Positions 37,085 through 48,620 of a stretch of 64,000 nucleotides of DNA are shown here, piece by piece. Position 1 is the stretch's first letter, and every line of letters begins with the position of its first letter. Below the pieces are notes generated by a model that worked only from the letters and a program-made list of their open reading frames with translations, ran no database searches and was not told where the DNA came from. The DNA is taken from the NCBI GenBank assembly GCA_950097015.1, contig CATNEN010000038.1, positions 32,798,001 to 32,862,000 on the forward strand, written 5' to 3'. Both the position numbers and the translations under genes were made by a program. The DNA is from Macrostomum hystrix (taxonomy: Eukaryota > Animalia > Platyhelminthes).

Positions 37085-40000
37085 CTAACGCGGCTGCGGC
37101 TTCCTCAGACCGGAGCCGGAGATGCTGAGGCTAGCTGACGGCGAAGTCATGTCGGTGTCGCGAGGCGTCAACGGCACCACCACCAGGTCCATGCTGACGT
37201 CCAGGGCTTCGCCGCTGGCAGCCTAATTGAATGCCGGGAATTTTAGGGGTAATTAGACAGTTAATAATTTTGGAGTTTAGGCAAAATTCCACAAATAAGA
37301 CGGATTTTAGCAACTAAGATTCGGGATTTTGATTGATCGATAAGAAATTAAGTCTAAAATATCTACAACGTGATAATAATAATGTAGTGAGCCACTGCTT
37401 AGGGGCCTATTGGTGTCTCACTAGCTGTCAGTAGCCCCACCTGCAAGGTAGCTTAGGTGTCCCCTTTTGCTTGCATTGAGTGGCTGCCCGGCCCGCCCTC
37501 TCTGGCGTTGTCTGGTCTGCCCCTCTTTGCCCTTCCCTTCCCGGCGGCGCCTGCACTTTGAGTGTGCTGTCTCTTCCCCCCATGGATGAGTCAGCAACTC
37601 TTTGTCCCGCGCTGGCTTTGTTGTCCCTTGTCCTTTTCTTGTGTGTGGTTGTCTGCACTCAGTCAGCACGTGATTCTCCTCATGTGACTGGCCTCTCTCT
37701 TTGTCTTTTAAAGTGCAAGTAAACATGTTTACTGCACTTGGGGCTTTGATTATGGGACAGGAGCCTACGTAGGAGTGACGTTTCTGGCGCCACTGACGTC
37801 AGTTGCTATTTTTAGAAACCACGTGATTCCATCACGTGTTTTCTAACTCTGCACTGACCCTATGGGAGGCCCCTGCCTATAAAAGAAAGCTCCCCGCTCC
37901 TCTGGCTCTTTAGAAGCGCGTCGTTCTAGTTCTGGTTCTTCTCTGATAGCGATACTCTGACTTCGTTATAGTCACTGTGCCATCAGTGTCTAAGTTTCCT
38001 ACTTCAGTCTCTGCATGTGACTGCACGTAAGCTCAGTTCTGGCTAAGTCCCGAAACTAACTTAGCCTCCACCCCACCATCCGAGCTACGCAGGACACTGA
38101 CAGCCTGTAATTGCAACTGAAACTCTGCATTGCGTGCTTCTCTAGACTTCGTGACTTTCTCTCTTTCGGGCCAAGGATCCTTCACCTCACCGAAGGCAGA
38201 AGTCCTGACGCCCTGGTGGCAGCGCTACTACTACACTACCTAGTAATTTTTGGACTTCATATTGGAGTTCGCCGGATCCCGCATTGTTAGCAGGACGACC
38301 GGTACAACAATAATAATATAATTAATTGATTACACCTGCCCCAATTGGGCCAGATGTGCAGCCGACAGCACAGCCGCAGCTAATGCGCGGCGCATCATAA
38401 GGCTGCGTACAGCTGTTCAGTCCACGGACTGGGGGGACGCCACGCCCACTTTCAATTATCCCAGCTGATGCTGGTACCCATTCAACAGCTGGGTGAACTG
38501 AAGCAATGCAGAGTTAAGTGTCTTGCTAAAGGACACAAATTGTTCCAGTGGAGTCGGGAATCGAACCCCCGACCTTTCAGTCGTGAGTCCGACGCCCTAA
38601 CCACTAGGCTACAAACTCAGACATATAGTTGATTATTTAGCTCTAGATAGTGAAACTCACCCGCTTATAGTCCAGCATGGCCTCTTTAAACGCGGCGAAG
38701 TCAGTAATTGTGAATAGCATTTCAAATACTTCGCCTTCTAAATCGTTTCTTTTCTCACTGAAATAATGATTACAATTGCTTTTTTAACAGATAAACGCGA
38801 TTAAAAATATAAATAAATACTACAAGTCAACTCACGTCAATTCTTCGGCAAATCTATCCATCGAAAAGTTATCGATTCGTTGAGCCAACTCAGACTCCAG
38901 GTGTCGCTCAAGTGACGCAACCTTTTGATTGATCGGTTTGTATAATTGGAATAAGCATTCAGCAACCCTGAAGTTTATTAAGATTACACAGAAGGCACTG
39001 AAGGTTCAGGGAGTGCTCAGTAACTACTGATAAGGGTAACTACTGATGTACTGAAGCTTCAGGGATAAGGGTAACTTCTGATGCACTGAAGCTTCAGGGA
39101 TAAGGGTAACTTCTGATGCACTGAAGCTTCAGGGATAAGGGTAACTACTGATGCACTGAAGCTTAAGGAATAAGGGTAACTACTGATGCACTGAAGCTTC
39201 AGGGATAAGGGTAACTTCTGATGCACTGAAGCTTCAGGGATAAGGGAAACTTCTGATGCACTGAAGCTTCAGGGATAAGGGTAACTACTGATGCACTGAA
39301 GCTTCGGGGATAAGGGTAACTACTGATGCACTGAAGCTTCAGGGATAAGGGTAACTACTGTTGCACTGAAGCTTCAGGGATAAGGGTAACTACTGATGCA
39401 CTGAAGCTTCAGGGATAAGGGTAACTTCTGATGCACTGAAGCTTCAGGGATAAGGGTAACTACTGATGCACTGAAGCTTCAGGGATAAGGGTAACTACTG
39501 ATGCACTGAAGCTTCAGGGATAAGGGTAACTACTGATGCACTGAAGCTTCAGGGATAAGGGTAACTACTGATGCACTGAAGCTTCAGGGATAAGGGTAAC
39601 TACTGATGCACTGAAGCTTCAGGGATAAGGGTAACTACTGATGTACTGAAGCTTCAGGGATAAGGGTAACTACTGATGCACTGAAGCTTCAGGGATAAGG
39701 GTAACTTCTGATGCACTGAAGCTTCAGGGATAAGGGTAACTACTGATGTACTGAAGCTTCAGGGATAAGGGTAACTACTGATGTACTGAAGCTTCAGGGA
39801 AAAGGGTAACTACTGATGTACTGAAGCTTCAGGGATAAGGGTAACTACTGATGCACTGAAGCTTCAGGGATAAGGGTAACTACTGATGCACTGAAGCTTC
39901 AGGGATAAGGGTAACTACTGATGCACTGAAGCTTCAGGGATAAGGGTAACTTCTGATGCACTGAAGCTTCAGGGATAAGGGTAACTACTGATGTACTGAA

Positions 40001-42606
40001 GCTTCAGGGATAAGGGTAACTACTGATGTACTGAAGCTTCAGGGAAAAGGGTAACTACTGATGTACTGAAGCTTCAGGGATAAGGGTAACTACTGATGCA
40101 CTGAAGCTTCAGGGATAAGGGTAACTACTGATGCACTGAAGCTTCAGGGATAAGGGTAACTACTGTTGCATCAAAAGTGAGTGGGCCATATAAATTGAAC
40201 TCACATATTCCGCGTGCAAATTGGTGTACTCAAGCTTGTTCTCTTCATCCTCTGAGAATAGGTGACTATAATTGCTGAAAAAGCTGTTCTGTAGTTCTTG
40301 AAATGCATCTCCTGTTCAATGAAACGTTGTAGCTAGCTAGTTATTAACAATTACCTTTTTATGATTAGTGGTAAGGGTTAAGCTTTTAAGAAATATCACC
40401 TACCAACCATGATGTCCTCGATGTGGCCAATAGCCTGGTCAAACAAGCTGACAGGTTCTTGGGATTCAATGTCAATCTCTTCTTCATCGCCAATGAAATC
40501 CACTTGGTCTAGTAGCGATGAACCATCTAAGAAGTGTAATTTATAATTGAATGTTACTATGATTAGAATGAGCATGTTTTTTGGTATAAATAATTAGATA
40601 CCAAGAAATCGTTTTATTCATTACTAACCATATCAATATTGTACATTATGGACACTTAGTGAAAAATTTCTTTTCTAAAAAGAAATATATTTATTATATA
40701 AAAGGCTTATATTTCATTTAATATGGCAAAATCTAGCATTTTGTGTATATTCAAAAGTGAATTCAAGACAATAAAGCAGTTCAATGCAAATTTATTTCTT
40801 GTTTGAATTTGTGCTTACTATGCATAGGAATTAAGAATATGTATAACTGATGTGGCATTGAAGCTTTTAGGAGTACTATGGCTCTATGGTAGAATTATGA
40901 CAGTAGTAAATAATTACAAAGCAGTAGTTAGCAATATTTACTACATACTAATCCTGTAGAGGCACATGGTCCATTGCAAATGAAAATGTAATGAGATACA
41001 AATAAAGAGTCACATTTTTTGAGTTGCACATTCAGAAATTTTAGAATTTTTGTGGCAACATCAATATCCTTGAACTTCTAGTGCATTTGCAATTGCAATA
41101 CATTTAGCGCTATTACTTTTGAACTAATAACTACTATTTTTACTTGTTCATTGCTATCAATTCAAATGTATAATACTTTTGCAAATGAAACTAATTTTTT
41201 GCTAAATACAACATTTGTTTTATTTACACATTTAAAGACGAGACATTTTTTAAAAACCTATATGTCTATTATTAAAGTATATTTCATTTCACTATAAAAT
41301 AACATTATATGATTATAAAATTTCATATTTTATTTTACTAAAAAATACTGAATCATAAAAATTATGTCTCTGTTCAGTTTAAAGATTACATATTTTGGCT
41401 GAAAAAGCTACTTTATCTGATATAGGCCTATCTGTACCCTAACACTGGCAGCTTTGTAAAATAGCTTAAATATAAGGAATTACACAATAGCTGTTATACT
41501 ATAACTCCTAACTAGAAAGCTAGGACTGTGACTACTATGCTAGGCCAGGATATGTAAATGAAACAATCAATGACAAATGACAAGCCACAATGAGATTTCA
41601 CAATCTGTTTTCACAACTAAATCGATACCAACAGCCATCTAATCTAGCTTTAAGCTAATTAAATATAATAAATCAGGACATGCAGATTAACGAAATTAAA
41701 ATGTATAATAGGTAGCAGATAATTCGGGTTATCGTTTGATTAAGTTAGGCCTATAGTTATTCACCATTGGCTAGCCTGTCCTATATTACTTATTAGCATC
41801 TCATAATTTTATGGTAGTTGTTATTTGTCTGGTTAACCGGACAAATAGCCATTTGGTTATTCGTCCGGTTAACCGGTTAACCACCCAAGGACTTAATTTC
41901 TCCCCTTTCAATGAGCAGGAGCAACGATCCTCCCAAAGACCACTCTTGCCCTGCTAATAGCCATCTTGAGTCTTGACCTCACAAAGACCAAACTATAGGC
42001 CCCTACCCTTGAACTAAGTTAGTCCCTGAAACAACCGAATTTCTGGAAAAGGTTTTAATTTTTTAATTAGCTGATAAGCGAAAATAATTTGAGACACAAA
42101 CTTCAAATCTGAATGACTGTCCTTTTGCAGCTTGTTAATTATTTTATCTTACAAATGATAGAGGTTCTCGTGGTAGCGCTACAACCCCTACAACCTCGAT
42201 TAACCAGACGAATAATCAAACGGCTATTTGTCAGGTTAACAGGACAAATAACAACTGCCTAATTTTATTACTGATTCCCACATTACCCACTGGAACAGGA
42301 CATCATTTTAGAAAAAGTAATTAGTTTCTCAAAAACACAAAAAATAGAATAAACCTTGGCCTCCGTTTTCAGGGGTTAGCGATATGGGCGGCATCAGCCG
42401 CCTCCTCGCTGCGTCCGTCATGGAGGCTCCCTGCCGCTAAGTCAAAGTAAGTCAAGGCCTCCGTTTTCATACTTAGGGCCTATCTAACAATTAGCATTAT
42501 TGTTTCAGTTAATTCGATTTAGTGCTAAATAATACAGCATACCTTGGTCTTGACCACAGGAGATACCCTTGGATTTGCCATTTTTATCTGGACGAGAATT
42601 AGACAT
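37085..42606 (-). CDS. ARL2BP: ADP-ribosylation factor-like 2 binding protein (BART), ~204 aa
   Basis: Six phase-consistent GT-AG exons: 42606-42543, 40526-40404, 40311-40205, 38921-38836, 38757-38661, 37222-37085. Translation includes FDQAIGHIEDIMVGDAFQELQNSFF...EENKLEYTNLHAEY...EVFEMLFTITDFAAFKEAMLDYK, the BART-domain signature. Confidence 0.9.
37383..38309 (+). mobile_element. Probable solo LTR (~927 bp)
   Basis: Begins TGTAGT and ends ACAACA, flanked by a 4-bp direct repeat ATAA. Internal TATA box CCTATAAAAG at ~37876. GC-richer than the host intron and without an ORF. Confidence 0.55.
38310..38613 (-). mobile_element. tRNA-derived CORE-type SINE (family A)
   Basis: Minus: TAGCCTAGTGGTTAGG (A box), GGTTCGATTCCC (B box), TGTGTCCTTTAGCAAGACACTTAAC...CCCAGCTGTTGAATGGGTACC (CORE-like). 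Copies at 59548-59832, 61750-62019 and a partial one at 46845-47015. Confidence 0.85.
39020..40168. repeat. 35 bp minisatellite (CTGAAGCTTCAGGGATAAGGGTAACTACTGATGCA)
   Basis: About 32 copies in ARL2BP intron 3; each contains the palindrome CTGAAGCTTCAG. Confidence 0.95.
41813..42259. mobile_element. Mutator-like MITE with ~60 bp TIRs and a 9-bp TSD
   Basis: Left GGTAGTTGTTATTTGTCTGGTTAACCGGACAAATAGCC...GTTAA; right TTAAC...GGCTATTTGTCAGGTTAACAGGACAAATAACAACTGCC. Flanks TAATTTTAT at 41804-41812 and 42260-42268. Confidence 0.85.
42372..42455 (+). mobile_element. 5'-truncated non-LTR retroelement 3' end (84 bp) with a 14-bp TSD
   Basis: GGCCTCCGTTTTCA at 42358-42371 and 42456-42469 flanks a GC-rich hairpin-forming insert ending in AAGTCAAAGTAAGTCAA. 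Confidence 0.65.
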
Positions 42607-42881
42607 AGTAAGAATCAACGGGACGAAAAAATAATTTTGAGTGGGGTGAAAACAATGCACGTTAAGAATTTAAAACAGTTGCGCTACATTCTTCGCTTCG
42701 CAAAAAATGCTTAGTGACAAGTTAAAAAACTGTTTCTTAGAAATATTTTTTGCATTTAAACAACTTTAAATACTTTTAGTACACTTCTAATTCAATTAAC
42801 TCTTAAAATTTGTATAATGGTAAATGTGTTTTTTGTAATAAAACATAAATGTAATTGGCAATAACCGCTTAGAAACTTGAA

Positions 42882-42934
42882 AGAACTTTCTAGAATTTTC
42901 TTATTCATCATTTCGAATTTTATTTTCTTATAAA
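42882..42934 (+). promoter_or_regulatory. Heat-shock element (4 inverted nGAAn units) and TATA box of DNAJB
   Basis: aGAAc-tTTCt-aGAAt-tTTCt at 42882-42901; TATAAA at 42929-42934, about 110 bp before the ATG. Confidence 0.8.
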
Positions 42935-43042
42935 TTAAGAATGTCCACGCTCGTCAGCTGATTATGTTCAAAGCAGTTTCTCTTCGGCTTCTCTCGAGTT
43001 GTTGACTCTTTTAGTCACCAAGCTACTTCATTTTTCTTAAAC

Positions 43043-44101
43043 ATGGGCAAAGACTACTATAAGATTCTTGGCATCTCGCGAAATGCTTCCGAGGACGAAA
43101 TCAAGAAGGCCTACAGAAAGATGGCACTGAAGTACCATCCTGACAAGAACAAGTCTCCTAACGCAGAGGACATGTTTAAGCAAGCGGCAGAGGCTTACGA
43201 AGTGCTCAGCGATCCCAACAAGCGCACAATTTACGACAAATACGGCGAGGAAGGCCTGAAGGCTCAACCCGGAGGCCCCTCTGGTCCCCAGGGTGGCCCG
43301 TCTGGTGGACAAGGCTTCACTTACACTTTCCAGGGCGATCCGCGCGAGACTTTCCGCATGTTCTTCGGCACTGACGATCCTTTCGCTGCATTCCAGCATC
43401 GCGGAGGGGGCGGAAATTTTGCTAGCTTCGATACCATGGGCATGAACATGATGGACGTGGACGAAGACGGAATGGGTGGCTTTAGCGCATTCGGTGGCAG
43501 CCCATTCGGTATGGCATTCGGTGGACGCGGCGGCGGCGGCAGGCGAATGCGAAAAGACCCGCCCATCCATCACGACCTCAGCGTCTCCCTGGAGGATGTA
43601 CTCAACGGCTGCACCAAGAAGATCAAGATAACTCGAAAGCGTCTATCGCCAGACGGCCAGAGCCTAGTGGAAGAGGAGAAGATCTTGGAGATCGTGGTGA
43701 AGAAAGGCTGGAAGGCGGGCACGAAGATAACCTTCCCCGAGGAAGGCGACCAACTGCCCAATCGAACTCCGGCTGACGTCATCTTCACAGTGAAGGATCG
43801 CTCGCACAAGTACTTCCGCCGAGATGGTGCCGACCTGTACTACAAGGTGAAGATCAGCCTAAGGGATGCCCTGTGCGGCTGCAGCCTGCAGATCCCCACT
43901 CTAGACGCGGGCAGGCAGATTCCTCTGCAGCTAACTGGGCCGGTCAAGCCGACCTCGCTGCGCAAGATCAAAGGCGAAGGCTTGCCGCATCCGAAGGCTC
44001 CAGATACGCGCGGCGACATTGTGGTGGAATTCGATGTTGAATTTCCCAATCAGTTGGATGAGAACACCAGGCGTCAGCTGCACCGCCTACTGCCAGCTTA
44101 G
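43043..44101 (+). CDS. DNAJB4: DnaJ/Hsp40 class B (DNAJB1/4/5-like), intronless, 352 aa
   Basis: [11 protein letters not shown] domain with HPD, G/F-rich linker, C-terminal domains ([37 protein letters not shown]....RGD). Symbol is approximate within the B1/B4/B5 group. Confidence 0.93.
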   Translation: MGKDYYKILGISRNASEDEIKKAYRKMALKYHPDKNKSPNAEDMFKQAAEAYEVLSDPNKRTIYDKYGEEGLKAQPGGPSGPQGGPSGGQGFTYTFQGDPRETFRMFFGTDDPFAAFQHRGGGGNFASFDTMGMNMMDVDEDGMGGFSAFGGSPFGMAFGGRGGGGRRMRKDPPIHHDLSVSLEDVLNGCTKKIKITRKRLSPDGQSLVEEEKILEIVVKKGWKAGTKITFPEEGDQLPNRTPADVIFTVKDRSHKYFRRDGADLYYKVKISLRDALCGCSLQIPTLDAGRQIPLQLTGPVKPTSLRKIKGEGLPHPKAPDTRGDIVVEFDVEFPNQLDENTRRQLHRLLPA

Positions 44102-44764
44102 CCAATCCAACTGTGTGTAATGGACAAACTTTACAATTGATTTAGATTTTGTTTGCTTTCATTTGCAACTTAGTTCTAAAGTGCATTTGTACATAGACTC
44201 TGCTTCTATTTGGTAGCGAAGACTTCTCTTCTGCGTCAAGCCTAGGGCCTACTACAAGTACTTTAGCAGTATATTTGTCACACTATTATCGTTACAATTT
44301 CTAGCTTCGTATATGTATTACTTACTTATCCTCAAATGTTTGTTCTGGAATCCTCATTACCGTGCAGTTTATTAGCAGACCTGAAAATTTTTCTTCATAA
44401 TTCATTAAATGATTCTCATACTTACAATATTTTAATTCGTCATTTCTATCACCAATCACTGCTCAAATCTTGCTTGAAACAACAATGATAATCCTCCTAC
44501 CTAATACTTTTCCCTTTTTGTCCGACAAGTTCATAAAAATACTCGTTTCATTTGCAGACATTTTCTTTACACAAATGCTTTTAAAACACTGGCGCGAACA
44601 GATTCAAATAAATTATAAATCAGTTCTGGCAATTGTTGATTTGCTGACAGATTTTCAGGTTTGTATCGTAGTGCCAGATCTGTGAGCATAAAATTCTAAT
44701 TCAACTGCTCACTTTGTGTTTGTCACTTGTAGCTGCTGCAATATAGTTCTAGCCTTCAATCACC

Positions 44765-45365
44765 AATCCTTCCCCTAATGCAACAATCCTTCCCCTAATG
44801 CAACAATCCTTCCCCTAATGCAACGCCAACAATCCTTCCCCTAATGCAATCCTCTCCCTTCAACCTTCAATGCATCAATCTTCAACCTTAATGCAACAAT
44901 CCTTCCCGTAATGCAGCAAACATTCCCCTAATGCAGCAAACATTCACCTAATGCAGCAAACATTCACCTAATGCAGCAAACATTCACCTAATGCAGCAAA
45001 CATTCCCCTAATGCAGCTAACATTCCCCTAATGCAGCAAATATTCACCTAATGCAGCAAACATTCCCCTAATGCAGCAAACATTCACCTAATGCAGCAAA
45101 CATTCCCCTAATGCAGCAAACATTCCCTTAATGCAACAATCCTTCCCCTAATGCAACAATCCTTCCCCTAATGCAACAATCCTTCCCCTAATGCAACAAT
45201 CCTTCCCCTAATGCAACAATCCTTCCCCTAATGCAACAATCCTTCCCCTAATGCAACAATCCTTCCCCTAATGCAACAATCTTTCCCCTAATGCAACAAT
45301 CTTTCCCCTAATGCAACAATCTTTCCCCTAATGCAACAATCCTTCCACTAATGCAACAATCCTTT
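44765..45365. repeat. 20 bp minisatellite (CCCTAATGCAACAATCCTTC)
   Basis: Tandem array between convergent genes. Confidence 0.9.
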
Positions 45366-45457
45366 CCTTTAAATTACAATCGTCCCCCTTAAACAACAGT
45401 TCGGCCATCCTAAAGCAATTATTTACTTCTTGGAACAATAATGCTCTCTCCTTCAGT

Positions 45458-47829
45458 CTAGCAGATGTCGCTCCCAAGTTCAATGGTCGCAGATCCGTGC
45501 TCATTGGCCCAGTTCCCGCCGGCGACTCCGACGCAGCCCCAGCCTCCGCAGAATGAGCCGCCGCCGCCGCCAGGCTGAAGGCTGGCCAATCCGGCGCCGC
45601 CTCCACTGAAGCCGCCGCCGCCGCCGCTGCCGCCGTTGGCCTCAGCTCCGCCGCCGCCGCCGCCGAAGCCGCCGACGGCGCCAGAATTGTTAAATCCGGC
45701 CATGCCGCCGTACCAGCCGCCGGCTCGGCTGGCGCCGCTCTCGCCGTCGCTAACCGATCGTCGACCGGTTTCGACTTGGCTGTTGAACCAGCCGGCTCCA
45801 GCTCCGGCGATTTTGTAGCTCTGCGACGCGTTGCCGATGTTGATTAGGCCGGCAGATCCGTTGACTCCGCCGAAGCCTTTGAAGCGGATGTTGCACCTGC
45901 CGCAGGGGGTCGTATCCGAGCCGGATGTTCCGGCCTGACCTGCGAATCCTGGATGCGTTAAAAAGGAAAAAAATGATAATAATTGATTACACCTGCCCCC
46001 ATTGGGCCAGATGTGCACCAGACTGGCCTCTCGCACTTAATTCGATTCCGCGGCGAGGCCGCATTCATTTGGGGCGCAGCCGCGGAGAGAAGTCTTTGTG
46101 GGCTTGTCGTGCAATGTTCGCCCTTGGGGGGCCAATCTCCAAGGCACAGTGAGTGTGTACATTGCCTGACGATGAGAAAGTCAGGGGCAGATGTTCACAT
46201 CCTGTGTAAGCGAGAGCCTGCGTACAGTGTCTGTGTGCGTGTGTGCTCAGGAGTCATCGGAAAGGGCAGAACTGCTTCACGCTGGTCACTAAATTAATGT
46301 GCCATTGCCAACAGCCCTCCTGCAATTATTATAATTATTTAAGGTCATCGCTTGCATTACTTCTTTATTTCCCCAGCAAAACTCAGCAAACACTACTTAA
46401 AGTAGCTGAGTACTTGACCAATTATAGCCTCTGACCGTTAGTCTCAAAATTTGCTCCGCCGCCACCGCCAGCAGCCAGGAGCAGCAGACTTCGAGTGTGA
46501 ACAAACGACCCACCGCCGCCCCCGGAGCCGGCCTTGAAGTGCGCCTCGGTCGCATCGCCACCAGCCTGTCCGACGATTATGAACAACTCGGTGCCGGCAG
46601 TGAGGCTGAAGCTGCCGTTGATGACGGCTCCGTTGCCGCCTCGGTAGACCGGACTGATGCCGGCGTAGGTGGCTCCGCCCCTGGCTCCTGAAGCCTGGAT
46701 CCTGTAGCAGCCGCTCAGCGGTATCAGCAGTGACTGGACGGAGCCGCTGCTACCATTTGACACGTCTGGAAAGCCGAATTCAAAATTAGCGCAGGCTCTA
46801 CTTCTGTACCGCCACTGTGCTCACTGTGCTCAGTGTTGCAGCTCAGGTAGATCTGAAGGCTGCGTACGGGAGCACGGCAGTTGAGTCCATGGTTACCGTA
46901 GCAATCAAGCAATGCAGAGTTAAGTGTGTTGCTAAAAAATACAAATTGTTCCAGGAAAGTCGGGAATCGAACCCCCGACCTTCAAGTCGTGAGTCCGGCG
47001 TTCTAACGACTACCCTTAAAAATTTCACCATGCCCAGTAAATTTGAGCTTCGGACTTCTGGTCGAGAGGTCGGGAGTTCGAATCTCAGTCAAAGGCCTCG
47101 AGCAAGATGCTCAATAGTATAAATACCACGTGGGTGTTTCGAATACCCACATTATCTATTTTTGCATCGCCTAAAATATTTATCCAATCGGCATGAAAAT
47201 CCAGAACATGGGTCAAAATTTTCTATTCGTAAATTTCAAAATTTTGGCTTTGAAAGTTTGTTCATCGTGAAGGGCGGAAAATTTTGATTCCGATGGTGGA
47301 CTTTCATGAAAATCGGTCATTCGGTTTGGAATCTATCATGAAGTAGGCAGTGATCTCTCCCCATGAGGAAAATCGCGTCGTCCCTCTACTGCAAACTCGG
47401 CCATTGCTTCATGTGGTGATAAACATCACTCGTATAAATAGGTTAAATGCTTTAATTTCTACTGTCAGTAGACTTTATAGCTATGAAATCTAATTTAATT
47501 TCAGCTGCCACGAGCTTGACGAGAACTCACTGCGAAAGGTAAAAGATTTGCGCATCTTGCGCCGGACCTGATCTTCAAAGTCGGCCGCCCTCCAAGCCTG
47601 CTCATCTGGCCCAGCGCCCAGCAACCTCCTTATGTGGCTACCCGCCGGACCCGCAGACTTCGAGGCGTCATTCAGCAGAACCAGCTGGCAAAGCATCCTG
47701 GACTTGCTGGTAACCATGGCAACGCAGCTTTGCGTCGAGCACAATGCGCTGCATTTGGTGACGCTCTTAGCATTCGTCTCGTTGACCAAGTGGCTGCTGA
47801 GCATGCTGCTAATAATCACTTGTTCACTT
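45458..47829 (-). CDS. PAN/apple-like plus ALK/LTK-type glycine-rich-domain protein (5' end not located)
   Basis: Exons ~47829-47531, 46765-46436 and 45948-45458 are phase-consistent. KCSALCSTQSCVAM...CQL (PAN-like). VQSLLIPLSGCYRIQASGARGG...GGNGAVINGSFSLTAGTELFIIVGQAG, GGGGGSFV..LLLAAGGGGG, GGFGGGGGG...GGGGGFSGG...GGGGGSF, HGSATI then stop. No TM segment or kinase. Confidence 0.8.
46040..46340 (+). mobile_element. SINE family B copy (5'-truncated), preceded by a SINE-A 3' fragment at 45975-46020
   Basis: Collinear similarity to 21388-21700. Confidence 0.8.
46845..47015 (-). mobile_element. SINE family A, internally deleted copy
   Basis: AAGCAATGCAGAGTTAAGTGT...GGGAATCGAACCCCCGACCTTCAAGTCGTGAGTCC matches 38500-38600. 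Confidence 0.75.
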
Positions 47830-47984
47830 CTAATCAGTGTGAGTGTGCTCACCGACCCTTTTGTAGAGCATGCGAAGAGGCCTATAGAAAAGTTTGGAAG
47901 AAATATTTCAGGAAATACCGACCTCTGAACCGGAATCAAACTTGGATTTTTTATAGGGAGGGTCGCGTCCCAGAGGGGCGCCAC

Positions 47985-48620
47985 TATGGATTTGTGAGGG
48001 TGACGTCACCATAGATTTGGGAGGGTGACGTCACCATGGATTTGGGGGTGACGTCACCATGGACTTTGGAGGGTGACGTCACCATGTGGATTTGGGAGGG
48101 TGACGTCACCATGGACTTTAGGGGTGACGTCACCATGGACTTTGGAGGGTGACGTCACCATGTGGATTTGGGAGGGTGACGTCACCATGGATTTGCGGAT
48201 GACGTCACCATGGATTTGCGGATGACGTCACCATGGATTTAGGAGTGTGACGTCACCATGGATTTGGAGGGTGACGTCACCATGGATTTGGGAGGGTGAC
48301 GTCACCATAGATTTGGGAGGGTGACGTCGCCATGAATTTGGGGGTGACGTCACCATGAATTTTGGAGGGCGACGTCAGCATGTGGATTTGGGAGGTTGAC
48401 GTCACCATGGATTTGCGGATGACGTCATCATGGATTCGTCACCATGGATTTGCGGGTGACGTCACCATGGACTTTGGAGGGTGACGTCACTATGGATTTG
48501 GGAGGATGACGTCACCATGGACTTTGAAGGGTGACGTCACTATGGATTTGGGAGGATGACGTCATCATAGATTTGGAGGGTGACGTCACCATGTATTTTA
48601 GGGGAGGCGCCACCATGGAT
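47985..48620. repeat. ~22-26 bp minisatellite built on the palindrome GGTGACGTCACC (CRE) plus CCATGG
   Basis: More than 20 TGACGTCA copies in tandem. Confidence 0.9.

Noticed and set aside
38550-38613. tRNA genes suggested by A/B boxes (also 7565-7633, 7830-7912, 21270-21315, 47050-47100)
   Set aside because: No complete cloverleaf; most run into repeated SINE bodies and the rest are isolated fragments.
3694-40168. CRISPR-like appearance of the 23-35 bp repeats
   Set aside because: Units are contiguous without unique spacers, there are no cas genes, and the context is eukaryotic introns.
39020-40168. Resemblance of AGGGATAAGGGTAA to the I-SceI site or telomeric repeats
   Set aside because: Partial, gapped match best explained by chance; no TTAGGG arrays.
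43037-44049. Antisense ORFs over DNAJB, the channel and the TULIP-like exons
   Set aside because: Shadow ORFs caused by GC-rich codon usage on the opposite strand.
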